Sequence record: CP084607.1
Strand: one strand, 5' to 3'
DNA length: 32,000 bases
Positions 21,612-32,000 of this stretch are shown here, in pieces; the first letter of the stretch is position 1, and each line of letters starts with the position of its first letter. A program made the translations under genes and the position numbers. A model generated the notes under the pieces. That model made no database searches and was not told the DNA's origin. It saw nothing but the letters and a program-made list of their open reading frames with translations.

Positions 21612-21686
21612 ACCTCCACCTGTTTCCAAAAATTACTAATTTTATTGCCTTTTTGATATCAAAAAAGGCACCAAAACAGGTGGAGA
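21612..21686. repeat. Nested hairpin: a family E hairpin inside a 12-bp outer stem, about 25 nt upstream of the ftsH ATG
   Basis: acctccacctgttt ... tgcctttttgatatcaaaaaaggcacc ... aaacaggtggagat. Confidence 0.7.
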
Positions 21687-21711
21687 TAAAATCATTAAGT
21701 CTACTATCCAT

Positions 21712-24700
21712 ATGACTATAGAAAAAGAATTCCAAACAAGTTTGAAAACAAAAAAAAACCATTTAGAGAAAAATTCAAAAAAAGTTTTTCAGTTACAAAA
21801 CTGGTTAGAAACACATCGTTTAAATTCAAGACAAAAAATAAAAAGCCTTGAATTTAATTTTTCAACTTTTTTAACACTCGCTCCCCTAGGTTTAGGGTTT
21901 TCTCATTTTTTTATTCATCAATTAACCCCGACCAAAAAAACATCTTTTTTGAAAAAAATCTTCCAGTTTTTCAGACCTTCCACCCAATAAAATTTGAAAC
22001 AATTGATTATGTAAATCAATTTAATTCTGTCGAAAAATCATTTTTTACGAACACACTAAAAGATCAATTAAAAAAAGAACAATTAGAAGATACTGAGTTC
22101 TTTTTTTTTTATGATTCTACTTTGTTATGCGGCCAGCCCCTCTTCCTGGCGCAGGTGCCCACAATTTCTGAGTCAGAACACCCAACAAAAACAGAAAAAC
22201 ATTCTATAGAGATTATGCCGTCGAGAAATTTTGTAGTTTCCGAGGGTGTTCACAATCTAGACGAATTACCTTCTTATCTAAATGCACTAAATCATAGCAT
22301 AACCTTAGGAGAATCTCTCAAATTTTCCCCTCAACCCTCGTTGAGTGAAACTATAGGTCGAGTTACGGAACAAACAAACTTTAAAACAACTTCATTTGAT
22401 ACTAAAAAAAACCTATCGGGGTTAAAATTTTTCTCTAGTTCCGACAATTTTCAAAGTAATTTACACTTAGTAAAACAAAGTAAAAAATCATCCACACTAT
22501 ATCCAATGGTCGGGTGGAGAAAAATCTTTAAAAACTTATCAAAAAACTTAATTCGTAAAAATACATTTTATAAAAATCAAGATTCCTTTTACAATCAAGC
22601 GAACTTGTTTAGAAAGCAAGTAGAAGATTTGTTTCTTGAAAATAATTTATCTTATATCCCGAATCCGGGTTCTCTTGAGTCAAAATCATTTAAAGCATTC
22701 CTTTCTCCCTGTGCTTCCCAAATTATTGAACAGAGTGCGTTTCAAATAAATCTTTCATCTTTGCAACAAGTTCCTCAACTTCCCTCACCTCCCGGTGAGA
22801 AAACTTTGAGAGAGCCTGGTGAAACATATAAAGGCCCTAATACTCTGGGTGATAAACTTTTAGAGGATTTGCAAAAAAACCAAATTTCGGCGGATTACCT
22901 TGGTTCACGAACTATGTCAGGTTTTCGATATCCAGATATGAATAAAAGCAGTGTTCACTATTTTCTGCGTAAAAAATTACTATCTCCTTTTTCATTCAAT
23001 TTTATATTTTCTAATAAGCAATTAGAAAACCCTACTCAAAGACAATTAAGCCTTTTTGACAATGTTTGTCAACAAAGACTTTCACAACCAGACAGCTTTA
23101 AATTAGAAACCCCGGGTTTCCCTTCTATAACTGAAAAATATCGCTTTAAATTGACCAGATTACCCAAAATTTTAGTAGAAACAAAACAAGTTGTTTTTAC
23201 AACGGATAAAAACAATCAAATCATTTATACCGGTCCGGCTTTAATTTTAGATTCCGAAAAAGTTTTGATTGGAAAAATCAATCTCATGAGGATTTAAGAT
23301 CATGGTTTTTTTCTTACCTCTCTCCATCTAACCCATTAGTGCAATTTAATGAAAATTTTTTTGGTAATTACTCTTCTCCAAAATTTGTTTTAAACGATAA
23401 AATTGTTAATGCTTCGGATTTTACAACTCAAACCTTTTTAAGGTTAAAATTAAGTAAAAGTCCGCAAAGAGTTTGGAGCGATTATGAGTGGGTTTATGAA
23501 TCTGATTTTTTACAAAGCTTTTTTGTACCATTCCAATCTTCACTACACGTCCCGGTGGAGCAAAGCACATCTGATAAGATTTTTACTGAGGAAAATATTC
23601 GAGGAATTACAATTAGTTTATCTAAAAATCAAACGCAATCTTTGAGCGAAGAAGAACACTTTTTACCATTAGTTCAATTAAAGCAACCATTAGAAAAACA
23701 ATCAACCGAAACAACCTTTGATAGCTATGGCTATACATCGTTTTTCGATTTTGGTGTAAAGGGAAATCCGGATTTAAATGTTTCTCCAATCCCTTTAAAC
23801 CAAAAAAATTTTACACATAAATTGGTCTATGGGTGTTATAAAAAGCTGTCCTCTGTATTTGCAGTTACTAAACAATCTACAGATTTTGTTCAACTCTGGG
23901 AACCCTTAACTTGGCACTCATGGTTAGTAGTAAGCCAATTAAGTTTTGCTTTGCTAAGTTTTCGAGTATTGAAAGAACTAGCAGATAATTACGGACGTGA
24001 ACTTTTAGGCTATTTATTGGATTTAGTTGCTGCATTAGGATTCTTAGATGATTCTTTAAAAAAACAAATTGAACTTCTTACTGGACAACGAAATAAAGGA
24101 TTCCGAGTTGTTTTACAAAGCCGAAAAACATTTACTGATATCGTTGGAATTCAAAAACTGCTTCTAGAAATGTACGAAGTAGTCTTATTTCTTCGCAATT
24201 CTGGGCGTGACTTTAGTAGAAGTCAAACATTACCGCATGGCGTTTTACTTACTGGGCCTGCAGGTACCGGCAAAACACTTTTAGTTCAAGCCTTGGCAGG
24301 AGAAGCTCAAGTTCCAGTTATTGTTCTCTCAGGAAGTTCATTAATTCAACCCCGAGAACCTGCTGGAATTAAATTACAAATGGTTTTTGAACAGGCACGA
24401 AAACTCGCTCCGTGTATTGTTTTTATTGATGAAATAGATACTCTATCAGGACGACGAAGCCAAATTGTGCAAAATCCCATGGCAACAGATCAAGGGTTTG
24501 AATCTTTTTTAGAATCTTTAATTTTCGAATCAAAAAATCATCTAAACGCAATTAAATCTTTGAGTGATCCAAACTCAATTAGTTTAAAAAAGAAATTGGC
24601 CCAAAATTTGCAACTAAATCTGATCACCTGACTCAACAAAAATCGGTTCAGATGACTTCCGAACAACAAGAAAAACAACTAAGTCTTTTATCTCAGCTTT

Positions 24701-26546
24701 TAGTTGAATTGGATGGAATCCAAGGTCGTGATGGGGTTGTTGTCTTCGGCGCTACCAATAGGCCGGAAGTTTTAGATCCAGCACTTCTTCGACCTGGTCG
24801 ATTTGATAAAATTGTTGAGGTTGGTCTCCCCATCAGCAAAAACGAGTAGAGATTTTACAGTTTTACGGTAAAAATTTAGGTTATGAAAAAAGTATTCGAT
24901 GGGATTACCTGGGCGAAAGAACAGTTGGATTTACTGCTGCCGATTTAGCTACATTAATGAATGAATCGACTATTAAAGCAATCTTAAATCAAACCAGCCA
25001 TACCATTGAAACTATAGATCATGGAATCGATCGCCTTACAACTTCTGAGAGCGACAAATATTTAGTTTTATCAAAACGAGATAAAAATGAAAATAACATT
25101 TCCATATCTGCTAAAAAATCGATCCTTCGGTTAGCTTATTATCAGGTCGGAAAAATCATTCTTAGTTATGTTTTGAAAAATCATCCAAAAAGTTTTGTTG
25201 CATCGTTGTGGCCACGTCGCCCAACAATTAGATCTGTTCAAATCACAACAAATTTAGAAAGGTCGTTGTTTGAAATTTCACGAGTTTCTGAGATCACAGA
25301 TCGAATAGTAGGTTGTTATGCTGGGAAAGCTGCTGAATTTTTATTTTTGCAAAAATTTTCACCAAATACCACCTCACAATTATCGACTCTTGGTTTAGAA
25401 GATCTTGTTTTTGGACAAAAACTAATCTATTTTTTAATTGATTCTTCTCATTTGTATTCTAAAAAAGTTTAATTCAAGAAACAATAGTTTTATCAAAAAT
25501 TTAAATTTTCGAGAATTCCGTAATTACCCAGAAAAATTAGAGTTTTATAATCAACTAGTTGATAAAATGCAGCTTCCACCCATGTGGGAAGCTGTCGAAG
25601 CTGAAAGTAGTGCCTTAAAAAAAAAAAAAAAGACGAAGAAGGGTTTGACGTGCAGGAGCAAATTCACTATTCTGTCCCTTGGTGGAACCAAGAAATTTCT
25701 GATGAATTGGAATTTAGAATCAAAAACGCGGGAAACGGTTCTCGATTATTTTTATATAATCCTGAACGAACTCAAAGAAACCCTGAATGGTTCCCACCCG
25801 ATGAGTTTTACCATGGTTCAACTAGTTTAAAAGACGTCAAGAAAGCTTTTTCTACTTTACAGCAGCAAGGAAAAAATACCACTCAACAAGTAGCAGCTTC
25901 TTCCAAAACGTCTGACATTTTGGAAACCGTTGATAACAGCTCAACGCAAGATTCCGTAGACTCGATCTCTGTTTCTAGGCAGAAAAGCCCTCAAAAACCG
26001 GACCAACAACTCGCAAGACCGGATTTAGCATCTCTTAAAGAACAAGGAGAAACTACTGCCAAACCTAGCACTGGAGTAAAAAATAGTTTACGTAGTAAGG
26101 AGGGTCTCTCAACTCCCGTTGAGGAAGAGCAAAATCCGAGTACTGATCAAATTAAAACTGAACAGATGAACCAAAGATTAACAGCCTCAGCCACCTATGT
26201 TCCTTGGAATGATATATCAAAACTTCCTCGTGATTATTTAATCCACTCCCTTCTTTTAGAAAGTGTTAATAAAGCATTGAGAGTTCTTAATAAAAACAGA
26301 GAATTACTTGATAAAATGGTAATTGACTTAATTTATAAGGAAATTTTACGCAAATCAGATATTGAAAATCTAGTCAACGAATTTGAGTTAACAAAACAGC
26401 CTGATTTAGTTTCTACAATACCAACAGAACTTGTTAGGGAGCCAAACCAAAAGGTAAATTTTGTTGAATTGTCATGGGGTGAAAAATCAACAAAACCACT
26501 TCCAAAATGGATTGATTTTGCAACTCTACAAGCAAAAACAACTTAG
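21712..26546 (+). CDS. ftsH: Giant plastid FtsH-like AAA+ protein (about 1610 codons), Ycf2/FtsHi-like, six frame breaks
   Basis: Collinear ORFs are 21712..21990, 22122..23297, 23339..24631, 24652..24849, 24957..25472, 25438..25830 and 25650..26546. Adjacent frames overlap in open form at each junction. Motifs present: Walker A GPAGTGKT (24254-24277), Walker B IVFIDEID, second region of homology [20 protein letters not shown], then [20 protein letters not shown]. Hydrophobic segments lie near 21870-21930 and 23900-23960. Breaks: A7 21952-21958, A5 23273-23277, A6 24586-24591, C4 24828-24831, A6 25461-25466, A15 25617-25631. Confidence 0.8.
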
Positions 26547-26714
26547 AAGTCTTGATGGAGTCGGAGGAACTGGTTATACTAAAAAAAAGAAACACAAGAA
26601 AAGCTTCTTAAAAACTCTTTTTCTCAAAAAAGCAAATCTACTGCCATTTCTTGATACGTCAAAGAAAGGCACCTCTAGTAAATTCTTTTCCTTGAAAAAT
26701 TAATTTTTCAAGTT

Positions 26715-26751
26715 GGTTCCAAAAATTTCTCGAAATTTTTGAAAAAGAACC
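26715..26751. repeat. Family D hairpin repeat
   Basis: ggttccaaaaatttctcgaaatttttgaaaaagaacc. The termini ggttcc/gaacc are also complementary. Confidence 0.8.
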
Positions 26752-26981
26752 TTGTTTTGTCTACATTGAAAAAAAGCTTACAAGAACAAGAAAAAAGGCT
26801 CGTCTCTTTCTTTTCAAGAATTAAAAAAAAATTATTAAAAAGGAGAGAAGCGTTCACAAAAAATTTTTAACAAGTTTTTGTGAAAAAAAGAACCATAAAG
26901 CTTGAAAAAGGTTTTCATTTTGAAATGAGATAAAGAAGATTTCGTAAAAAATAAACTTAAATTTAGTAAGGAGTGTTAAGC

Positions 26982-27233
26982 ATGTCTGGTGCTACAGGAG
27001 AACGCCCTTTTTCTGATATTTTAACAAGTATTCGTTACTGGGTTATTCACAGTATTACAATTCCATCTTTATTTATTGCCGGTTGGTTATTTGTAAGTAC
27101 TGGTCTTGCTTATGATGTTTTCGGAAGTCCAAGACCAAACGAATATTTTACTGAAGATCGTCAAGAAACTCCGCTTATTACGGATCGCTTTAATGCTTTA
27201 GAGCAAGTTAAAAAATTATCTGAAGTCAATTAA
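26982..27233 (+). CDS. psbE: Cytochrome b559 alpha subunit
   Basis: [89 protein letters not shown] at 26968-26973. Confidence 0.95.
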
Positions 27234-27309
27234 CCTCGAAAAAACATCCTTTTTTTCATGGTTCCAAGAACGCAGAAAAAAGAGATGTTTTTTCAAGTTC
27301 TGCAGAACC
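27234..27309 (+). repeat. Family C composite hairpin unit, starting 1 nt after the psbE stop
   Basis: cctcgaaaaaaCATCCtttttttcatggttc caa gaacgcagaaaaaaGAGATGttttttcaag ttctgcagaacc. Confidence 0.85.
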
Positions 27310-27576
27310 TTTTTTCCGTTTCTTGTTTCAAAAAAAAATTATTTTATTGTCTTTGTTATTTGTTTTCCTCACAATTGTTCTCAATTTTGAGGACCAAGAC
27401 AAAGAAAAAAAGAAACGGAAATGAGATCAAAAAGTTGTTTTGATCTGCATATCAACTTAAAAACGAAAGAGTCAACATCGTCCAACTTTTCTTTACTGCA
27501 ACCATTATTTTTTTTTGGAACAAAAAAAAGTATTGTTCGTGAGAGTCAGTGGACTTCCTCTTCGATTTTTCTTTAA

Positions 27577-27720
<144 letters not shown>

Positions 27721-27738
27721 AAGTAAGGTGAAATTATT

Positions 27739-27855
27739 ATGGCAAAACCAAATCCCAATAAACAAAGTGTAGAATTAAATCGTACCAGTTTATACTGGGG
27801 GCTCTTATTAATTTTCGTGTTAGCTGTTTTATTCTCAAGTTATATTTTTAACTAA
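27739..27855 (+). CDS. psbL: Photosystem II protein L (38 aa)
   Basis: Hand translation gives [38 protein letters not shown]. It starts 18 nt after psbF. Confidence 0.9.
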
Positions 27856-27943
27856 TTCATAAAGAATGGTTTTAAGAGTGTAACTTAAGAAAGACTGTAC
27901 CTGAATTATCACTCATTTTGGGTCAGACAACAAAGGTTATTTT

Positions 27944-28013
27944 CCTTGAAAAAACATTTTTTTCATGATTCGAAAAATGAAGAAAAAAATGTTTTTTCAA
28001 GTTCTGCCGAACC
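27944..28013 (+). repeat. Family C composite hairpin unit
   Basis: ccttgaaaaaaCATttttttcatgattc gaaaa atgaagaaaaaaATGttttttcaag ttctgccgaacc. Confidence 0.85.
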
Positions 28014-28053
28014 AAAAATCGTGAGGAAATTTGGTCCCTTTTTTAATGTTTTT

Positions 28054-28079
28054 CCTCAAAATTGCAAACAATTTTGAGG
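28054..28079. repeat. Family A palindrome, variant centre
   Basis: cctcaaaattgcaaacaattttgagg in the psbL-psbJ spacer. Confidence 0.85.
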
Positions 28080-28268
28080 ACCAAGGCAAAAAAACCAACT
28101 TGAAAAATTAATTTTTTTAAGGTCATCTTTAAACTTTCCTCAAAAAACGTTTTAAAAGGCCGTCGACTACTGACTTACCTTCACCGACCGTTGAGAGGAC
28201 CTTTTGGTAAAAGCTAAATTTTTGTTGTCCTTAGAACATCCATTTCAAAAACATCAGGAGATTTCACT

Positions 28269-28397
28269 ATGTCTAATACTGGTACAACTGGTCGTATCCC
28301 ATTATGGCTTGTTGGAACTGTTGCCGGAACAGCTGTTATTGCTTTAGTCGGCATCTTTTTCTATGGTTCATATGTAGGTTTAGGTTCATCGTTATAA
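28269..28397 (+). CDS. psbJ: Photosystem II protein J (42 aa)
   Basis: Hand translation gives [47 protein letters not shown] lies about 10 nt upstream. Confidence 0.9.
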   Translation: MSNTGTTGRIPLWLVGTVAGTAVIALVGIFFYGSYVGLGSSL

Positions 28398-28689
28398 TTT
28401 CAAAAAATTGTTGGATTACACTAATCCAAAAACTATTTGACTGCTTTGGTGCGTTTTTTTGTAAACAAAACATGATATTAATTCTATTTGTTAAAAAAAA
28501 CGCATCGAAGGAAAAAAATGGCTATCAGAAGAATAATTATTGTTCTCACCTAATATAAAAAAAAAGAAAGTCAAACAATTTATAACCATATTGTATAATC
28601 TAGAAGAACAGTTCTTATTACACTGTATCGGTTTGAATCCGATCAGTGATTTTTCAAAATTTTTACTTTAAACTAGCTAAACAAATTAT

Positions 28690-28772
28690 TGCCGTTAATC
28701 GGAATCGAACCGATAAGACTTAAGGTCGGAGCTTTTTGAAAGCTCTGTGTTTACCAATTTCACCATAACGGC
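28690..28772 (-). tRNA. trnL(CAA): tRNA-Leu (CAA), type II
   Basis: Reverse complement GCCGTTATGGTGAAATTGGTAAACACAGAGCTTTCAAAAAGCTCCGACCTTAAGTCTTATCGGTTCGATTCCGATTAACGGCA. Anticodon stem GAGCT/AGCTC, loop TTCAAAA. Confidence 0.85.
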
Positions 28773-28921
28773 GTTTTCCAAACTTCCTCAAGGTCCTTTA
28801 ACAGAAGTTGAGGTTTTTGGTTATTTTTCAAAAATTTATTAAAATTTTTGGAACCAGCTTGAAAAAGCTTCTTTTTTAAAGGAAACGAAAACAAAAATTA
28901 AAAAATTAGGATTCAAAAACG

Positions 28922-28995
28922 GGCGAATGACGGGAGTTGAACCCGCGAGTGGTGGAGTCACAATCCACTGCCTTAACCACTTGGCTACATCCGCC
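28922..28995 (-). tRNA. trnH(GUG): tRNA-His (GUG) with encoded G-1
   Basis: Reverse complement GGCGGATGTAGCCAAGTGGTTAAGGCAGTGGATTGTGACTCCACCACTCGCGGGTTCAACTCCCGTCATTCGCC. Anticodon loop TTGTGAC. The extra 5' G is opposite discriminator C. Confidence 0.85.
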
Positions 28996-29040
28996 ATTTA
29001 CTGGAAGATTAAAACAACTTTTTCCAATACTTCTTTCCTG

Positions 29041-29111
29041 AGCGGATAGCGGGAATCGAACCCGCACCTCTTGCTTGGAAGGCAAGGGCACTACCACTAT
29101 GCAATATCCGC
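29041..29111 (-). tRNA. trnG(UCC): tRNA-Gly (UCC)
   Basis: Reverse complement GCGGATATTGCATAGTGGTAGTGCCCTTGCCTTCCAAGCAAGAGGTGCGGGTTCGATTCCCGCTATCCGCT. Anticodon stem CTTGC/GCAAG, loop CTTCCAA. Confidence 0.85.
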
Positions 29112-29160
29112 TTACATCTATTTTAACTGGAATAAAACAAAAAGAAAAGAAGCTTTTATG

Positions 29161-29230
29161 CTTTGAATAATTTCAGTTTTCATGGCTCAAAGCAGGCAGA
29201 AAACCGAAATTATTCAAGTTCTGCAGAGCC
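29161..29230 (+). repeat. Family C composite hairpin unit with a long divergent core
   Basis: ctttgAATAATTTCAGTTTTcatggctc aa agcaggcagAAAACCGAAATTATTcaag ttctgcagagcc. Confidence 0.8.
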
Positions 29231-29630
29231 TTTTGGGTCAGTGTTTTTAAATAATAAACTAACATTCTGACTTAGGCCTGGAACAAATTGAAAAAGATGC
29301 ACGTTTGATGGCTACATACTGTATACTAGAAAGTATATACAAAGTCTTTTAGTCTTTTTTAAGAGCCAGATTTTCTCGTTTTTATGTTGATGTTATTTGT
29401 TTTGTAATAGGACGAAAGTAATTTAAATAAAAATGTTGTTTTCGTTGTTTTTTTTGAAATAAAAAAAGACATCCAATTTCTCAAAATTTTTAAAATTAAC
29501 TTGAAAATTTTTTCAAGAAACAATTTAAAAGCTCTAGGAAGATTTATTATTCCTGGATTTTTTATAAATTTTTTAAAAAAGACCTAAAGACGTCTTAATA
29601 AAAATAGACCATTTTAAGGAAATCAAAGCT

Positions 29631-29819
29631 ATGCTTTTAATCTTTCAATTAGCTTTATTTGCGTTTATTGTTGTATCGTTTCTTTTAGTTGTTGGAGTAC
29701 CTGTAGTTTTAGCAACACCAGAAGGTTGGTCTGAAAATAAAGGAACAGTTTTCTCAGGGATCGGGATTTGGTTCCTACTTGTTTTTTTAGTAGGCATTCT
29801 TAATTCATTTGTTGTTTAA
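29631..29819 (+). CDS. psbZ: Photosystem II protein Z (Ycf9), 62 aa
   Basis: [62 protein letters not shown] matches the PsbZ pattern (FQLA.FA....S..L...VPVV.A.P.GW..NK..VFSG...[11 protein letters not shown]). Confidence 0.9.
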   Translation: MLLIFQLALFAFIVVSFLLVVGVPVVLATPEGWSENKGTVFSGIGIWFLLVFLVGILNSFVV

Positions 29820-29917
29820 CTTTTTCGCTACGTTAAAAAGCTCTTAAAATTTGCTTTAGAAATTTTTAGGGCGAACCTGGCTTTTTATTTGTACAAAAAA
29901 ATTCCCAACAGGAGGCT

Positions 29918-29976
29918 GATTTAGTTTTCTTTTTATTCCCAAAAAAGGCTTTTGGGAATAAAAAGAAAACTAAATC
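29918..29976. repeat. Perfect 27-bp inverted repeat with a 5-nt loop, downstream of psbZ
   Basis: gatttagttttctttttattcccaaaa - aaggc - ttttgggaataaaaagaaaactaaatc. Confidence 0.85.
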
Positions 29977-30130
29977 ACCATGGTCCATTTTTACCAAAAA
30001 TGACGATTTGGTGCCATGAAAGATATTATTTTTCATGGTTTTTCCAGGAATGAACATTTAGTGCCTTTTTTGAGGACTTTCCTCAAAAAAGGCAACGGAA
30101 CAGATCCTTTTTTAGGTCAAAAAAGGCTTT

Positions 30131-30156
30131 CCTCAAAATTGTCGACAATTTTGAGG
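30131..30156. repeat. Family A palindrome, perfect (centre gtcgac)
   Basis: cctcaaaattgtcgacaattttgagg. Confidence 0.9.
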
Positions 30157-30257
30157 AAAAACCAGCTTTTTGCTTTTTTTCAAATCAAAAAAGCAGCAAA
30201 TACATTTTTTTATTAGATCAAAAATAGAATAAAAAAGCATTTTTGCAGTATGTAATA

Positions 30258-30286
30258 TTGAGCATTTTTTATTAATTTGCTATACT
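30258..30286 (+). promoter_or_regulatory. Sigma70-type (PEP) promoter candidate for trnK
   Basis: TTGAGC (30258-30263), 17-nt spacer, TATACT (30281-30286), about 55 nt upstream of trnK. The -10 hexamer is the same as in the trnR candidate. Confidence 0.3.
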
Positions 30287-30341
30287 ATATGTGTATTAAA
30301 TATTATTTTTACTAAATAAGACGTTTGTTTGAGATTTACTA

Positions 30342-30413
30342 GGGTTGCTAACTCAATGGTAGAGTACTCGGCTTTTAACCGATTAGTTCCGGGTTCGAGT
30401 CCCGGGTAACCCA
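30342..30413 (+). tRNA. trnK(UUU): tRNA-Lys (UUU), uninterrupted (no group II intron or matK)
   Basis: GGGTTGCTAACTCAATGGTAGAGTACTCGGCTTTTAACCGATTAGTTCCGGGTTCGAGTCCCGGGTAACCCA. Loop CTTTTAA. Nearly identical to the joined exons of land-plant trnK-UUU. Confidence 0.85.
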
Positions 30414-30422
30414 ATAAAGTGA

Positions 30423-32000
30423 CTAAATGTGTACCAAAAACTTGACTACCCTTTTTAAATCCCGAGATGAAATTTCTATTTCTTTATATTCAGAAATTGA
30501 GATTTGAATTAGTGATTGTTTTAAAAATTCTGAAAATTCACATTCTTGAGATATTAAAAGGCCTATTCTCGGATTGACCCTAAAAAACTTGAAAATCTTT
30601 TTGAATTCAAAAAGTTTAATTTGAATTTGTTCGTGTTCTCGACTAACTAAATAAATAAAGCTCGAATATACATTTTCAAATTGAGTGGCAAAAATTAAAC
30701 GAGTAAAGGGAAGAAAGACATGTCGAATCTTATTTCGAGAAAAGTCAGTTGAAAAATTGGTCATATCATGCATTACTGGTAAATCATAAAATTTAACAAT
30801 TTTCGAAACTTGTAACCGAGTTAACGAGTTAGTGGATGTTTGCCATGTTTGTGGTTTTTGTAGAATTTTTCGAGTGAGACAGAATGACAAAGAAAAACTT
30901 CAACCACCACAAAATTGTTTGAATTTTTTTTTCTGGAACCTAAAAATGAAATGAAATCTCTCGTACGACATTTTTCAGTTTTTGCAAACCTTAATAAAAT
31001 TAATTTTTTTGTTATCTTTAGGGAAAAACAACAACAATTAAGAGAAATATAGGACTTTAACTTGTTTGTTTTAGAATAGAAATGTTTTATTAATTTTCTT
31101 GTTTTTAAAAAATTTTCGGAACTTGGTGCCTTTTTTTTTTCTTTTAGAACAAAAGGCACCTAAAGGTTTATTGAAAAAAAACGATAAACATACCATTTCA
31201 TTTTTTTTTTCAAAAGTTTTTTTACGTTGTAACTCAAAAGTTTCGTTTTTTGATACTAACTCTGTAAGAGAAGGTCTTAATTTTCGAAAGGTTTTTCTAA
31301 TGTTGTTTCCTTGTTTTTCCTTTTTTGATTTATTTCCTCCAAATTGTGCACAATTTGGAGGATAAGGCACCAATTCTGTGAAATTTTTAGAAATAGTGCG
31401 AGCAGGTTGTTGGTTTTTGGTTTCAAAAAAATCCAAGGTACTCCAACTATGTTTAAAAAAAATAAGGCTTCCCAAAAATTGAGAATTTTTGGGAGCGTGA
31501 GTACAAAACAAAAAATCTTGTGCTAAGTTTCTTGCAAGTAGAGTCTCGTTTAAAAATCCAATCTGGGGTTTAAAAAGTAAACTAGTAAAAAATAAATTTG
31601 TTGAATATTTAAAGTTTAAATCTACTGATTTAGAAAAAGATTTTGGGCTTGTCCCACGAAGGAGATTATTGATACTTTTTTCAATAAAGTCAGTTTTTGT
31701 ATGACCTAATCCAACACTAAAGATTTTTTGCAGTTGTAAAAAACGAGTTAAATTTTTTTGCGCCAAACTCGGGCCTTATTTTCACTCTGTACGCTTGTTT
31801 GAGATAAAATTAAAGTATATGATAGTTCACCTAACCAACTTAATTCAAAAAGAAGTTCAGAACAAAAAAAGTTTTTAGATTGCCAAAAATGTTGACAATA
31901 AACAATCTCTATTGAAATTTCGTTGTTGTTTGGGCCGATTTTTCTTCCTTTTTTTTTTTAGTTGCGTTGCCTTTTTCTGATTCCTTTCCTCCAAATTGTG
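30423..32000 (-). CDS. tilS: tRNA(Ile)-lysidine synthase (partial; the 5' end lies beyond the window), expanded by repeat insertions, at least 3 frame breaks
   Basis: Hand translation plus ORFs 31071..31766, 30821..31159 and 30423..30890 give IVYCQHFWQ...SENKARVWRKKNLTRFL...SVGLGHTKTDFIEKSINNLLRGTSPKSF, then LTRLQVSKIVKFYDLPVMHDMTNFSTDFSRNKIRHVFLPF. This follows the TilS pattern (H...Q, E..AR..RY, GH..DD..ET.L.NLLRG.G, R.E...Y...LP...D.SN.....RN.IR...LP). The PP-loop SGGxDS would lie upstream of the window. One break is in the T7 run at 31753-31759. Confidence 0.65.
31336..31361. repeat. Family B palindrome inside tilS
   Basis: cctccaaattgtgcacaatttggagg. It is translated as PPNCAQFGG on both strands (ORFs 31099..31365 plus strand and 31071..31766 minus strand). 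Confidence 0.9.
31988..32000. repeat. Family B palindrome, truncated by the window edge
   Basis: ttcctttcctccaaattgtg is identical to the left half and flank of the 6084 copy. Confidence 0.7.

Noticed and set aside
21712-22121. ORF 21712..21990 as an independent small membrane-protein gene upstream of ftsH
   Set aside because: The next frame (that of ORF 22122..23297) is open from about 21951. It overlaps the end of this ORF at an A7 run (21952-21958), and one added base joins them. A hydrophobic N-terminal segment is expected for FtsH-type proteins. The true start codon remains uncertain.
28621-28648. A T-arm-like hairpin (cactgtatcgg-tttgaat-ccgatcagtg) as a tRNA or tRNA pseudogene
   Set aside because: No matching acceptor 5' strand, D arm or anticodon arm could be found within 90 nt upstream. 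It is more likely a stand-alone hairpin between the convergent psbJ and trnL(CAA).
28906-29097. ORF 28906..29097(-), 63 aa
   Set aside because: It is entirely made of trnH(GUG), trnG(UCC) and the short spacer between them, so it is a translation artefact of tRNA genes.

Overview
This window is a green-algal (Chlorophyta) plastid genome segment. I see no prokaryotic accessory locus and no convincing new biological system.

Gene order:
- Plus strand, start of window: rbcL, rps14.
- Minus strand: trnI(CAU), psaC, and the rpoB-rpoC1-rpoC2 operon (rpoC2 3691-8284, rpoC1 8644-11546, rpoB 11952-16151).
- Mixed strands: trnC(GCA)+, trnR(ACG)+, trnL(UAG)-, trnV(UAC)+.
- Plus strand: psaI, accD, cysA.
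- trnT(GGU)-, then a giant ftsH/ycf2-like gene (plus strand).
- psbE, psbF, psbL and psbJ, all on the plus strand.
- trnL(CAA)-, trnH(GUG)-, trnG(UCC)-, psbZ+, trnK(UUU)+ (no intron, no matK).
- A partial tilS (ycf62) on the minus strand, running off the 3' edge.

The gene content (cysA, accD, ftsH, tilS and rpo genes together) fits a core chlorophyte. I cannot name the species.

Three properties dominate the window:
1. Almost every long conserved gene is split across reading frames. The breaks I could place mostly fall in mononucleotide runs. The short genes and all 10 tRNAs are intact. The most likely cause is homopolymer miscalls in the assembly.
2. Every spacer is filled with a few families of short palindromic dispersed repeats. 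They are modular and nested, and some sit inside coding regions of rpoB, rpoC1, rpoC2 and tilS.
3. The rpo genes, ftsH and tilS are strongly expanded. The FtsH homologue keeps its AAA+ motifs but has lost the HEXXH zinc-protease motif.

A tRNA(CAU) with an unusually long variable region lies in the same window as tilS, the enzyme expected to modify it.
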